Shown: positions 27,406 through 42,700, counted from the stretch's first letter. The stretch is 64,000 nucleotides of DNA from Welwitschia mirabilis (GCA_051453625.1 JBOZIK010000001.1:48401235-48465234); one strand, 5' to 3'. Notes: a model not told the origin generated them from the sequence alone. Numbers and translations: made by a program.

Positions 27406-30400
27406 CTATGGCCTTGTAACATTGGACACTTTGTAAGAATTGTGCAAATTCTTAGAACTTCAGTAAAGCTATAATTCTCATCTCTACTAGTGTCACTACC
27501 TTGCTTGATTAGTGTTACCTACCTTTCTACTTAAACCTCTCTCAAACTTTGCATAGAGACTTATATAACCTCTTTGAAAGCTTTTTAATCTCAAGCCTCT
27601 TCTAAATATTTAAGAAGTCATGAAAATATAACCTATTAGTGCACCTCATATACCATTTTCTAAAAACTTGATATGGGTTGGAAATGTGATACTTTTGGGA
27701 GATTGTATGAAATACCTTATAAACCCTACTTTTCCTATGAAAACTATGAAAATACCTATAACATACCCCATTACATCCAACCTAAAACTATAGAAGATTA
27801 TAGGGGACTACATCCAACACAATTACAAAAGTCCTTCACCCTCCTTTCCATATTCATTTAATCAAAACCTTCCACATATAAATCAAACTCATTATACCAA
27901 ATTTGAAAAACCTTATCTTCAATAATAGTTTGATCCCATACCTTCCATTGACCCTTATGATCCTTACCCATCATCATTTAATCCTTATTCTCCATATTCC
28001 TACATCTAATAATAATATTCATTCACTCCATTTGAGGATTTAGTAAGAAAATTTGTGGATACTTAAGTCCAGATTAACCATAATCATGAAAGAAATTTTA
28101 AATAACACTCCTATCCCCTAAGTAATATTGAGTAAATTCTTCAAACCCACACCCAAATGTGCTAAAAAATAATCCATAATAGTGCTGAAATCATTGGGAT
28201 TCTCAATGAACATAAGGAAGACCTACCTATAATCCATGAATCTAAGAGCCTTGAAAAATTTAAAAGGATTAAGAATAGTGAAACTAATGTTACTTAAGCC
28301 ACATCTTCTAGGAATGGAGAAGAAACTAATGAGGAAATTCATGAGGACCTTAACTTTAGTGACATACTAATTGATTATTCATGAGCAATCTATACTTTGG
28401 TAGAAGATTAAACATATTAGAGGATGATTAAACATCAAATAATGAGAAACCATTTTAAAAAGGTTATACCTTAAAAAGTTCTATAATAAAGGATAAGCTC
28501 TTCAGCAATATCAACAAAGAGAACATTAAATTACAATCATTATTGCTTAAAGATAAATCCCATAGTAACCTTAGTAAGGAAAAGAATATTATCACATAAG
28601 CCATTCATATTACACCTCATAATCCACCCTATGAGAAATCCTCATCATTTTATCAACAAGTCCATGGACTAACCATTGTATCTTCACCTTTATCTATTAA
28701 GAAAAACCCAAGCCTTAATAAAATAAACAAACCTTCTTTATAATTGAAACCAACTTTCAAAGACCTTAATTCTCTTGATGAACATTTACCTTAAGTAATT
28801 ACCAATTCATCTTTGTCTTCCTCTGAAAATGATGTCTTGTAAAAGTTGTTAAATAAACATAAAAAAGCTAAGGGATGAACTATTTCTAATTTTAAACATA
28901 TAAATCTTTTTGCTTATACTAATGTTCTTTCTAATTTCATGGACTCTTGCATAAAATCTATATGGATTTTCTCCTAGTTAAAAAGGATTTGTGAAATTCT
29001 AAATCATCTAATGTTCATTTCCACATTCTTGATCCTATACACATGTACCACCTTAGAGAATTTTTAGTTCCATTTTATAAATTATAATTTTCTTTTAAGA
29101 TATAAGTTTCTTTTAGGCTACAATCAATTTAGGGAAAAACAAAAACATTTGTGCTTGATGGTCTCTCTTGCCTAAAACATTCTAAGCACTACCACTTGTA
29201 TAATCAATGCCTAAAACTCTTTCACTCAGGAAATCCCAAATTTTATCCTTTTAAGCCTTTTCATTCACCCCTCTCATTTCTTAGTGATTCTACTAAGATA
29301 AAAAACTATTCACTTTGGTCATTCATCTATGAATTCATGAGACTTTCAAAGCTAGATTAATGGCCCTTAACAAAAATCAATAATAAATGATCTTATTATC
29401 ACTTAAGTAATAGTTATAATTAAATTTACTTATGAATGTTTAAAGAAGAGTTATGCTTACTTTTAGTTTGATTGTTAAAGGCACAATCGCTTAATTTCTT
29501 CGATGTCAATAAAATAGGACTAGAAACTTGAAATCTGCCTTTGTATTATGATCCTTCTATTTAAATCTTTTGATAGGGACAAGATTTTTCTCAATTAGGC
29601 TAATGAGTTAATGACCCCTCTAATGTGCATAAAAAATGAATATGAGAAGATTTACAAAAGAAAAATCATATATCTTTTCTTCAAATGCACTTGTTGATTG
29701 GGTTTAATTAGCTACAATACGACTATGAATACTTATTAACAATGTAGTTGTAGCAATCTAATTATAACATAATCATCTATATCAGGGCTATAAATATTCG
29801 CTTATAATGTAGCACAGATTTCTTCATAAGATAATATGCCTAACTCTATTTGAATAAAATGTCGTAATATTGGATTCTTAATGTGATTGAAATGATTAAA
29901 CTAAGAACATATACACTAGTGGAAATAGAAAACAAAGAAAAGAAAAAGGTGGGCATCAGAGGCCTTTTGTGTTCTATTGTCTTTTAACCTTCATACTTAA
30001 GATTTATTATGATTTCTTGAATTCTTATAAGTTACTTGGTTGATACTATGATTATTTGATAGTGATATCCACAAAAAAAATACAAAAACATAATAAGGAT
30101 CATTAACTTAGGTAGGCTTGCTTATTTATTCCTCGATTTTATGGCTAAGTCCTTTACCACATTTTCATTATCCATCTCCATCATCCATTTCAATTTACCC
30201 CCATTTTATAAGAAATAAATCATAAGGCATAAGCCATCTTTACTTAGAATTTTTATCAAGAAATAAAATGGTCATTTTGCATTAGTTGGCTCTCTTTTTA
30301 TAACTTATTTGCATTAGTTTGCATTATTTTTAATACAAGGACTTGTTGAGATTTTTCTAAGGTCATGTTCTCAAAATTGTTTTGACAATTTATATCATAA

Positions 30401-30619
30401 GAACTTTGAGAACAAAGTTTAGTTTTGATTAGGGAATATGATATCTATTTTCAAATAATTTTTAAATTTTAATGCCTTAATTTTAGAAAGTTGGTTATAA
30501 ATTTTTTAAAAATATATTATTTTTACACTTGAGTATTTTGTCTTAGATAATTTTCCCATGTTAAACATTTCATTATCAACTTTTTACTAAGGATCTAGCA
30601 AAATTCTATTTAAAGGGTA

Positions 30620-31964
30620 TGTTAACATATAAAAATTAACATTCTGATTAATTTAATTGATTAATTTATCTTTAATGGAAGACATTAATATAATTGATTT
30701 ATCATAAAAACATGTCTTCTATTACTTTTCTATATTAATTATGGAATTATTGTCTTTCCATGGAATTTTAGGATATTTATTACACTTTAAAGGACATGCT
30801 TTAAAATGGTGACTATCTAGGCTAAAATGTTAGTGCTGTTATCTAAGTTACCTAGCACTGCTAGTATTTGAGAGAAATCACTTTAATTCTTACATTCTTA
30901 ACTCATCATGTAAAATTCAATCAAATGGAGTTATGGGATTAATCAGATTTCACCTTGGAAATAACTTGCATCTTTGATGAAATATGGTGATGATGATGAT
31001 GACATGCAACAATGCACGTGGCATTGCTTAGTGGGATGATGGTGAAGACACATGGTAATGACAATGGTTGGCAGAAGTAGTAGCATCTAGAAACCAAGTG
31101 TTGACCTCATTATGATGATTTCTACTTAATAAAAGATGACAAACATTATACCTAATGCCATTACTTTGTAACCACTTACCTAACACTATAAGCTAAAGGC
31201 TTGTAACCATCCCCTGCTCCCATCCTTACCTATGAAAGGGCCTTAAAACCTTCATTGTAATATATTTCATTTTGGTAAAAGCATGAAACCTTTGGAGAGT
31301 TACATTATGATGGCCTTCTAAGTGCTTCTTTGGGGAGTGATCCTACTTTTAAGAATGGCTTAAGGAATCCTTTCAGCTTTCTTCTATCTCTAATGTAATA
31401 TGCCTTCCTTTGATTTAATATTTAAGAGTTGTTTTCTTTTGATTTCTAGTCACAAATCACTTTGTGCTAAGAATGCTTAAGTAATAATGTAACTATCAAG
31501 ATTCTTTACTCAACTGAGTTAATTCAGTAGTCAATTGGTCTAAGTCTTGGTAATTTCATGAATCTTGAGTACCTCGAGTCCTTACTTTTCATTTTTTTTA
31601 CAAGGCTATAAAGAATTAGTGACTTTTGAATTCACCAACACTTATATGGTAAATGAGATTATGTCATCATGACCCGAGCCATCATACTTAATAGTTTAAA
31701 CTTTGTTTTAGGAAAGTGTAGCATATGGTTAAATAAGGAATTATAGGACAAGTCGAGTAAAATGTAGAGCTTGCTTTCTTTCCACTTTTCTAAATGAAGT
31801 TTCAACCCAAAATTCTTAACTTCTTCTTTTTCCTTTATTTAATTTGTAAATTAAAATTAAGTAAGATTGTATAAATTTTGATTATCTAACCCAAATTATC
31901 CTCTAGAAGAACAATACTAGGTTCTTATCTAGTTTAAATCCAGTTCACTGTACTCACAAAAAAA
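30620..31964 (+). repeat. 3' LTR
   Basis: Colinear with 25542-26888; preceded by purine-rich taaagggta. Confidence 0.9.
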
Positions 31965-32649
31965 TCTATATCTTATGTGAAAGTTAGTTTTATGAATGTC
32001 TTCTTCTTCTCTCTTGTTCTAATAGTATCCTAACTTTCTATCTATCTTGGAGAATAAATAAAAGGGATTATATATTCTTAGTAATGAGTATTTTTCTTAA
32101 TGGTAATCTTATTTAGTCCTTAGTAATCTATATGTAATGTTAAAGTACTATCATTCTTTTTGAAAAATAATACTAGAGCATCATAAGGAGATACACTAAT
32201 ATGAATGAAGCATAAGAATTTTTTATTAGCTTCTTAAGTTGAAATTTTAATTCTTTCATTTTTATAGGATTCATCCTATAATAAGCCTTTAATATTGAAG
32301 TGGTTCTAAACATTAATTCTATTGTAAAATCTACCTATTTGCGTAAATGCATCCTTTGTAACTCTATGAAAAACACATCTTAATATTCATTCACTACTAG
32401 AATATTACCAAGTAATGTTCCTTTCCCTTTTATATCCACATATCTATGCTATAACAAGAATATTTGATTTCATTTCTCACTTGATTTATTCTAGCTTAAT
32501 TAAATTATGATTTATTGATTTTTGTTGCCTCTTAACTATAACCATTATCCTGTTTACTTTAAGTATCTATCCTATCTCTATAATTTAGAGTGATTTGATC
32601 TTTATTATAAACATTTATTTCCAAACCTATATCACACTCTCCTAAACTC

Positions 32650-33505
32650 TTCCCTATTTATGATTATTCTAAATTCTAATACTTTTTTATTCATTTTAGG
32701 TATGGACCATTGGTAAGTTTAGCCCTCCTCTTAATTAGAATACAACTTGGATTTTTATTTATCATTATTATAGGAGAAATATAATAATGGATTACACCAC
32801 AATAAAAATTTATATCTACCTGTTTATTATTAATACAACCCTTACCTTTAATTGTTATGTATTAATTATGAACTCCCTAATTTTGTTATATTGCTTAAAT
32901 CTTTCCACATGTGATAGTATAGATTAAGAAAGTTATTGATTTAGACTTTTGTACATATTTTTTTTCATTTAAGATAACATTATATTATGTGTACTCCTAC
33001 TATTTCACAAACCTTCATTTTTGAAAAGAGGGGGGAAGGCCTTTATGTTATTATGATCAATATTCTATATTAGCCTTTTGAATTGACTATTATTGTTACT
33101 TGCTATGAGTCTAGGCCAACTTCTCTTTTAATCAAGATTTTCTCCTTTATTATTTGTTATATTTTATCTTGATTTCTCACAAGGATCTTCTTTTACTTAT
33201 TGTTAAGGATGATAGTATAACAAGTCACATTTGTTAATTAAAATTTAAAAGATCTTTTTATCTTATTGTCTTAGCATCTATATGAATGAATCTTAATAAC
33301 TTGGCTTTATCTACTAATTTATCTAACATTATTAACATAGTAATTACAACTTTTTTAGTAAGCTTAGGATAGAAAACGACTATAAAATATTAAACCTTAT
33401 CCTTTTGATCTAGACTTTTGTGAAAGATGTATCTTAAGTGCTACATGAATTTGATCTGATGTTATGCAACCAAGGTATTGATATCTTGCATTAGCTAATT
33501 ATACT

Positions 33506-33580
<75 letters not shown>

Positions 33581-33757
33581 NNNNNNNNNNNNNNNNNNNN
33601 NNNNNNNNNNNNNNNNNNNNNNNNNNNNNNNNNNNNNNNNNNNNNNNNNNNNNNNNNNNNNNNNNNNNNNNNNNNNNNNNCTTTAAAAAAATAAATACAC
33701 ATACATACATACATATATACATACATGCATATATACATACATACATATATATACATA

Positions 33758-33830
<73 letters not shown>

Positions 33831-35900
33831 ACACACACACACATATACACATATACATATATACGTGTATATATATATATATATATACACCTCTTAAATT
33901 AGAAATAGTTTATCATATAGCCTTCTTATGTTATTTTAGTATAGAGATTAGAGCTCCTTCTTATGAATTTAAGATATGAACATAAATGAATATAAGTTAT
34001 GAGTTGTTCTCTCTTAAAAATGCATATTTTAAAACTTTAAGTAGAGGTTTAGGATTAAAATTTGAGATACTCTCTTCATTAAAAGGTTATTATTTTGGTG
34101 TTTATGGTAGAGGTTCAAATTTAGGTTCCTATGGTGATGTTTTATGTTTACAATAATATGTATTTCAAGTGCTAATTCCATATGACATTCATGTAATGCA
34201 TGATCTTTTATATAAGATAAAGAATTTGAAATTTCATCTCTATTACTTGTAATTAACTTAATATCTTTGATATGAACTATATAATTCTTATTTGTTGCAT
34301 TGAAAACTTATAACTCTATATTCATATTATCAATAAACATTTTTAGTACACATTATAAAGTTGAAATAGTTAGCAATGATCTACCTAAGATAAGTGGACA
34401 TTCCTTTAAGTAATTTTCCATTTATTATATGATAAGTTCTACTAGGTGGTAGAATCTATTAACTTACACTAAGATATTCCACTCTTTCTTTAGATATTTT
34501 ATTGATTAATTAGTAATTTATAAACTGATTATTATTTTCTTTATTCCTTGCAATACAAGTAATTTACATAGTAAATATGAAATCACTCTTAAATATAATA
34601 AATTTTTATGTATTCTTTTTTCATTTTGGCACATGAAATAATTGTTGAACTAATATCTTAAATTTAGGTGAAACTTTTTTTGAACTATGACACTTACTTA
34701 TTGAGATAGAAAAGAATTTTTCTTATTTTTATCTTTTTGTCCATTATACACATAGCTTTAAGAAATTTTGCATATGAAGAAACTTGTTTAATGGCTTCTA
34801 AAATATAAATATTAATCTTCACTCTCTTAAATAGTTTTAGGTATTTTTATTCAAGTTGTTTTTTTTCATAGGTATGAAACATCTTGAAAATAAGGCTTTT
34901 TTAAGTTCTTCACATCTATATGTTTCATATTATTCATATCATATGTTTTGTGCTCATGATTAGGTTGAAATTCAAGGTTGGATGTAAAAGATTCTTCTCT
35001 TAGTGGTTGAACATTTTTATTTATTCATATACCTCTTTTAAATTAGATGGTATTAACACCACTAATTTTGTATTCTTTATCAAATTATCTTCCTTTGAAC
35101 TATTCATTAGTTAAGCTATGAGAATATCCCTTTATCTTTGATTAATTAAAGATAATCAGTAAGATGTAGTTTGATAAATTTGATTTACTTATTGTTCTAG
35201 TTGTTAAGAGTTTATATTATTTGATTATTTATTTTATTTTTTTATTATTAATGATCATTTAGGATTTAGAAAATTACTTTAGAATGTTTTTTAATGGTTT
35301 ACTTTAAGGTTTTCTATGTCCTTATCAGGTAGAGGCTTTATTTTATTGGTATTTTCAAAAAAATATAAGGTGATTCTTTTATTATAGATCATATGAATCT
35401 CCATATGAAAATTATAATTGGTATTATCATCTTAGAAAGAATCTTCTAGATTGTGTACTATTCACTTTCTAGCTTCATAACTAAGAATAGAATTATGTTC
35501 TTTCATTTCATTCTCATTTAAAGCACATATATCACATAGGGTAAATTCACTTGTGTTTTTAGATATTTTTATTTATTATAAGAATTTGACTATGCTATCT
35601 ATTTTTTAGTGTTATTTTCCTCATCTAATTTGTATGTATCTTTTCTTATAAATTTACTATATGGTTGAGATTATCTAGCTAAATCTTTAGGTATGGATGA
35701 TATTTCTTAATTTTTAGCACTCTTAGCTATATGACCTAAAGCATCACAACATTATTCTAGTAATTTAGATGTAATATTTCTTCTAATCATCATTTCAATT
35801 AGTTGTATATTTAGAAATGTCAATCTTTCCTAGGAAAAGTTCATTGTTCTTGTGCTTCAAAACCATATTAATGGCATTTCATCAAAAAGTTTTTAAAATA
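32650..35900 (-). pseudogene. very old Ty3/gypsy pol remnant (PR-RT-RH-IN order)
   Basis: Faint minus-strand motifs in gypsy order: protease-like (LFD..AINM) near 35870, RT-like near 35100 and 34915, RH-like near 34125, integrase C-terminal KL..GPY near 32700-32725. Confidence 0.5.
33509..33890. repeat. compound microsatellite (CT)n / gap / (ATAC)n(AT)n(AC)n
   Basis: Direct inspection. The ORFs called here are artefacts. Confidence 0.95.
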
Positions 35901-36399
35901 GTTAAAAGTTTTGTAGAAAGGCTTTTTTTTTTTTTTTTGAAAACTCATAATCTTACCTCTTAATATATTGGTTTTATGTGATGAAAAAAAAGATGATTTC
36001 AAAAATTTCTATGCGGAATATCTTCATGATTTAATTTAAAATGATTTTAAGTTATGTACCATGATTTATCTTTTTATTTTAAATAAAAAGAAAATATTTC
36101 CATTTTATATGCATATTTTTGATCTTCTATGTTTAACATAATAGCCTCAAAATTATATAAGTATTTATAGGTATGTTTAGAATCTAGGCCATAAAATTTA
36201 GACAGTATGTTGGTAGTGGATAGCTCCATTTTAATATGATTTATGAGAGGAAGCAAAACCATATACAAAGGTATAGCAGATTTCAATGTTTTCCTATGTA
36301 AGCCTAAACACATGCTATCTTTGTTAATACCACACATAGTTAAATTTATCAAAAGGGTTTCTAAATGTTTTGAGTTGAATATTCTTACATTTAAAAAGT

Positions 36400-38800
36400 A
36401 TGCTTAGTTTAGTTATCATTAAATTCATCTAAAAAGTGATTTAATGTTAGTTATCCTTCATCAAATTCTCTATGGAATTAGCTAGTACTATTCCTAATCT
36501 AGTGATGTATAAGAAGTTAAGATTAACTCATGGATTAACCCATTAATACAAACTTGAATAGTATCAAAAGGTTTTTTAAGTTTGTAAAAACTTGAAATCC
36601 TAATCTCTTTACAACTAATAATAATAAATACACGGTAAGATCCACTAGGTAAAAGTGAGATCCATCACCAGTGATCTAAACTAAATGCTTCACAGATTTA
36701 ACATTATATGTTTTAAATGCTTTTACTTCTTATAAAATTAAAAACTTGGGTTTGATATAAAGTGTTTACAAGCAAGGTTAGCCATTAAAGAATTTAATAA
36801 CAACCAGAATATGATTAAAAACTACTAAAGGCTACTCGATAATGAGAAAATTCTATTTGTGAAATAACATCAAGGTTATCTTTTAAAGATGATAAAACAA
36901 GATCCATCCAATTTTTAAAAGTTTTCTCATAATAGAAACTTGTCAAGTGACAATGTTCCTTTTGTAGAAGTTCAATCCTTTTGTAAAAATCATTTTTTAG
37001 TAGGAGGTGGATCAAAAGTCATGAATATGAATTTAGATGTATTACAACTTACTTTAGATGAGGTAAGAGATGGAATTAGTAAATTAGCTCTTAGAAAGCT
37101 CATGGATGCATAAGATCTATATGTAAAATTACTAAAATGGAGTGATTCATTAGTATGGAAAGAAATATGAAAATGTTAAATGATGAAGTTAAGAATGAAC
37201 TAGTTAAGCAATAGATGATTATGGACTTATTCTCTTTTTAAGAAAGGGAATAAGTTAAAGTTAAATAACTATATTCTAGTCATGATTATCAATTTATTTT
37301 CTAAATTATTACATACTATCCTAGAGGAGAGGCTAGCAAATTAGTTAGAAAATAATAAATTATGTGTACTCTCTAAAGTAGGACTTTAAGAGGATTACTT
37401 TATAATGTATCATCTAATTACCTTCAAGTTTTATATGGGGTAATCAAAGGAGTTACATAAAAATATTTTTATTTGTTTTTCTAACTTCACAAAATATTAT
37501 GACATACTTATCAAAGATAAATTATGGAGTAAATTTATTGATCTTAATGTTAGCATCAATTTGTAGACATCCATATAAAGATTACATGCAAAAATAATTA
37601 TTAAATTAAGAAATATAGATGCTCAAGAATATTATAGGTTCTAGAATAACATAGAGGTAAAGCAAGGTTTTCCTTTATTATTAACATCATTTGGAATTTT
37701 TATGGATGAATTAGAATAATGGATGTAGTAGGTACCAGAAATATATGTAATAAAGACAGGCCAAAAGATGCTCCACCTCTTCATTCTATTAGATGATGTA
37801 GCACTAGTTATAGATTCTAATGTAGGAATTTAGACTAAGTTGAAAGTATTAGAAAGGTTTTCTGAGTACTCAAGGATGAAGGTAAATGTTTCTAAAATAA
37901 AAATCATTACTTGTGGAATAAATGATAGAAATTATAATTTTGGGCTAAATAATAAATAGCTTGAGATTATTGATTCGTACAAATACCTATGATTGGAATG
38001 TTCTCAAAACTATAAATTAAATTAATGTGTCTTATAAAGAGTTCCTATTGAGCATAAGGATCTTTATGCTATAAAGAAAAAATGTAAGAAAGAAAATATT
38101 TGATCATGGAAGCTACAAAACCAATTGTTCCGTATGACTATGTAATTAGTCATTTTATATGAACGCAGAGTATGAAGTTTAAGCCTTGCTAAATATTTAT
38201 GAAAAAAAAAAAGATAAAATTCAAAAACAATTTTTGATAGACGATTAAGGTTAAAGATAAAATACCATATGAGATGTCCTTACTAGAAGATAGTATGTTA
38301 CCTCTTAAAGCCAAGAAACTATGTCAATTTTTAATATTTTTAGAAGAATAGACTTGATTAAAAAGATTAATTTTTCAATTGTGGTATTAGAAATCACACA
38401 AGAAAAGGGATTATATGATATAAAAAATTCATGGATATAAGAATGGAGCATTCAAGATCATAATATAATTGGAGATCCTTCAATAAGCAGTGGAAGATAG
38501 ATAAAAACAAAAAGAAACTTTAGCTCTATTACGAAACTATTCAAAAAAGAAAGCTTGAGAAGAAAGTGCAATTTCTATCTGTAACAATACCATTACACAT
38601 AAGAAATATAATAAGTAAGGATGGTAGCTCATCATCTTCAGGTTGAAATAAAAAGATGAGATAATGTCTAACCATAGGACCAAGCATATTAACTTTGGAT
38701 ATTACAAGTAGAAGGAAATCAACATCATATTTTATTGAAGTGTTATGGCACTAAATGTTTCAAATAAAAATGGCATACAATGAGAAAAACTTTATATGAG
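36400..38800 (+). mobile_element. decayed non-LTR retrotransposon (LINE), RTE/RTEX-like RT
   Basis: FICFSNFTKYYDILIKDKLW (~37468); NNIEVKQGFPLLLTSFGIFMDELE (~37646, compare GVKQGCPLSPTLFG); LLDDVALV (~37785); MKVNVSKIK; DSYKYL; C-terminal RMVAHHLQVE (~38618) and QVEG..HILLKC. Confidence 0.8.
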
Positions 38801-41275
38801 TTAGTTATGTTATCGCCATTAATAATGGGACATTACTTTAAGGATGTTTTTAGGTTACCTAAGCATTGGACATATTCAATCTACTCTAAAAATATTAATG
38901 CTATGTATTTGTATTACTTGAATGATCTAACAGACTTTTAAGATCTATCTAGACATAGATTTAAAAATACAAACTAAAAGGTTTCTAAAATGGAATTATA
39001 TTTTTGTGAGTCAAGGAATAAAAATTACAATTTCTATTACAATGGTACCAAACACTTATTCCTCCTTAATGATTATTATAATTCATAGTCTTCGTACTTA
39101 CATCTTAAGAGGGAAGAAATAGATAATGATATTAATTTTATAAAAATCAGGGGTCTAATATAGTATATGCAATTCTAATTGTCATTTTTGCATTTTGATA
39201 ATTAAAAACTTATTTTCCTAGGTATACAAATAATCCTTTGTAAGAAAGACTACCAAATAAGTCAAAGATGAGAGTAAGATATTACACTAATTACAAAATC
39301 ATTTCATAAACAAGTAATAAATTATTCAATGTAGATATCAAATGTCATAAATGCAATTAGTTTAAAGATGATTTTCCTTAAAATGAAATGTAGGAAATAC
39401 TACACTAGCATAAGAGATTTCATAAACAGTAATACATTAATCATTTAAACTTTAAGAATGAAATAACTCTAAATGATAAATACAAAAGACTACTCAAAAT
39501 TAACCATTTAATAATCATTAATCATAATTGTATTAATGACTGAATAATACAAGTCCGATAACAAATTAACATGCATTTACCAATCATGAAACTATATAAA
39601 TAATAATTCAATAAAAGTTAAAGTTTTAGGCTTGATAAGGCATATTCCTTACATAATAATTATTTCTTAATTCTTAGGGTGGAGAGATAAATGAAGCATA
39701 TACAATCATAATAAGACAAGCCCTTATCACATCCATGAAAAATTTTAATCGAAAAGGATAGTGTTCTGATACAAAATGGAATAGAATCTAATACAACATG
39801 AGATGAAATTAAATTCATTAATTGTTGATGTAGGATTTACTTATATCATGGGTTAGATTACTAATTACCTCAGTACATATTTAGTATGTTAAATAAATTT
39901 GGTTATTAAGAAGCTTCTTATGTATTATAATCAATCATGTTAACCCTTAGTTTTATTAAGATCCCCTTTGGCTTTTTGGATACTAAATTAACTTTTGTTC
40001 TTTGATTTAAGTTTAATTTAATAATGTGTTATCTAATCTATAACCTATATTTTCTATGAACTATTTCTCCACAAAACACTAATAGTATTATGAATTTAAA
40101 TGGTTATATTAATCATTTTTATTAACTTGGCTGGTCTAAAATTTAGATAACTTAAGATGATTTATAAGGTAAATTTAAAGTTTTAGTCCTTTTCAATAAC
40201 ATTCAAAAACTATAAGAGTTAAACTTAGCTAATGATAACTCAATGATAAGAATGGTAATCATATCCTTGAAATATATTATTTATTAAAGCTATGGGATTA
40301 AACATGTATAAATACAAGTGTAAATAATGATCTATATGAATAATATATTATATTTTTTAATATGGATATTCTTCTTCCTACATTACTTCTGCACCTTGAT
40401 AGATCTTGTTGTTAGATCGTCTACAATAATATCAAATATTCATGCAATACAATAATCAACAAACTCACAAAGTACTTCTTCATTCAATACAACTACTACA
40501 ATAGGAGAAATCATAGGGATACACTCTATTACTTTTTTATCTAAAATCTATGTAGAAGTAAATTTATATTACTAGAAGTATTCATGACTTCATTAACATG
40601 GTATCTATTTAAAATTATAAAAAATAATTTAGGAGAAATAATAAGAAGAAAATGAGAATGATATTACAAGATATTAGCAAACCACTATATTTTCATTTTT
40701 AAAGATCCTGAATTATGGTAATAAAACTCAAGTAGTTTCAATATCTTCATCTGTGTGCATCATAAATCTTAAACATATTAATGTGTTTTAAACACTAAGA
40801 AAGTTTTTAAAATAAAAATTACCATTAAAATTAAATAATCTTACAAAACTAATTCTTTATTTTTATAGGCAAAGAAATAGGTAATTAAAAAATTATTTGA
40901 TTATAATGCAAGTGTGAACTCATTTTCTTGTAAAAGTATAAGAAAATAAAGATTGACTTCATTAGGAAAATCAATTAATCTAAATCTAGTAAAGTATTTA
41001 GATAATAATATACAAACTCAACTATTCAAATCTAGTTCATTATCTATTGGAATATAATGTTAAGATTACTTCTACAAAGAAAAAGATCAAGTTAAAACTA
41101 TATTCATAGGTTTACTAAAAAGTTATGATTAACAACTATCCTTGGAATAAAGAAAAAACTTCCTAAATTATCATTAAAAACATGAAATCTATTTTATAAT
41201 GGATTAATTAATTAGTCATCTATCCTTAGTGTATGACTATAATTAAATGCTAAATACCTATTGGTAAAGCTTATT

Positions 41276-41382
41276 TAATAAGCAGTTCTTATGTTATTCA
41301 TAATCAAATTCATCAATACCTTTCTATCTAATAAGCAGTTCTTATGTTATTCATAATCAAATTCATCAATACCTTTCTATCT
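41276..41382. repeat. perfect 53-bp tandem duplication
   Basis: taataagcagttcttatgttattcataatcaaattcatcaatacctttctatc occurs twice back to back. Confidence 0.95.
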
Positions 41383-41771
41383 CAATATGGATTAGGATTT
41401 TTGGTTACTTTTATGTTCCAATATTATTAATGATATGACATATAAGCTATATTACTATTATGTCTGTACTAAATTAATTAAATATGATAACATGTAATAC
41501 ATGTTTAAAATATCTAAACCACATTTATAATAACCAAAAAAATGTAATTTAAAATACAAATTATCTTTAATTAATAAAATACTTTTTATTCTTCTAAAAG
41601 AGAAGATTATTAGGAGGATTTATAAGGAGGACAAGCTAGTAAGTTTTAAGTAAGGTTTTCAAGTAAAAGTTTCATTTAGAAGGAAGTCAAAAGGTCTGTA
41701 AGGAGTTATGTATAAGGAAGAAGAGGTATGTTTTCTTGTCAAATAATTTTCTTTCTTTTTTTCTACTATGT

Positions 41772-41876
41772 TTTTCTCTCCCTCTCTTTCTCTCTCTTTC
41801 TCTCTTCCTCTCCCTTCATCCCTCTCTCTCCCTATCCCTCTCCCTTCCTCTCCCGCTCTCCCTCTTCCTCTCCCTG

Positions 41877-41913
<37 letters not shown>

Positions 41914-41934
41914 CTCGCTCTCTCTCTCTCTCGC
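41772..41934. repeat. CT-rich polypyrimidine microsatellite
   Basis: Direct inspection. Confidence 0.9.
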
Positions 41935-42249
41935 TGGTTAATAATATACAACCTATTAATGTATCTTTCTTGATAATATGGATAAACTTGTTTTATTTAA
42001 GCTTTTCATATTCCATATTTTCTACTTATATATTCTACCATAAATTGACCTCTCCCTTGAGTAAGTAAATGCCCAAGAAAGTCCTTTTAATTTCATTACA
42101 TTTAAGAGGACATAAGAGCTTCCTGACATTATTAAGCCAAGAATCTAGATTTATTAATTTTATAATGCCTTTAAATTTGATGGATGCATATTAATAAGCC
42201 TTTCAATTAAATTCTTAATTTCTCCATTTTGAGGAATAATCTCTCTAAA

Positions 42250-42700
42250 TTGGGTTAAAGGTCATTGATTATACTATTGCATAACTGTGTTAGAAACTAT
42301 TTAAATACATCCATTACTATGTTATAATCTATGCTAGCTTGTACCTTTTAACACATGGTCATTCATTAATTGCCTCTTAGGATATGTAGCTTTTTCCTCA
42401 TGACATTGATTAGCTTTCACATTTGCATTATGATGTTCTTTTGCTTGATCTACCACTTGGTATGTTTATAAACTAAAATAATAATAACTTATTCCCTTTA
42501 CTTGTTATTATTTTTTGATTGTACTACTATGGAACCTTTGCTCTTATACTACTATGTAATGCGCAACTTAATTGAATTCTTAAATAAATTTATAAGCTAA
42601 AAGTTTCTAAATGGTAACCATTCAATTGTAAGGATTATGTTTAACTCTTATAAAAGAACCAAGATTAAAAAGAGCACTACTACATACTTAGTAAATAAAA
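42250..42700 (-). pseudogene. possible gypsy RNase H fragment
   Basis: Weak motifs only: NGYHLETFS (compare GHPIAYFS) and KHTKW (compare RHAKW). Confidence 0.3.

Larger units (their letters stand above)
25542..31964 (+). mobile_element. internally deleted Athila-like LTR retrotransposon with paired LTRs and 5-bp TSD
   Basis: LTRs 25542-26888 and 30620-31964. TSD tctat at 25537-25541 and 31965-31969. Decayed PBS ttttagtatcattgcttagga near 26893. Pol remnant LP*VITNSSLS...LLNKHKKAKG*TISNFKHI at 28785-28905. Confidence 0.88.

Noticed and set aside
33495-33979. ORFs of ER/YI/CV repeats
   Set aside because: Microsatellite translations.
41728-42068. Ser/Leu-rich ORFs
   Set aside because: Translation of a CT microsatellite.
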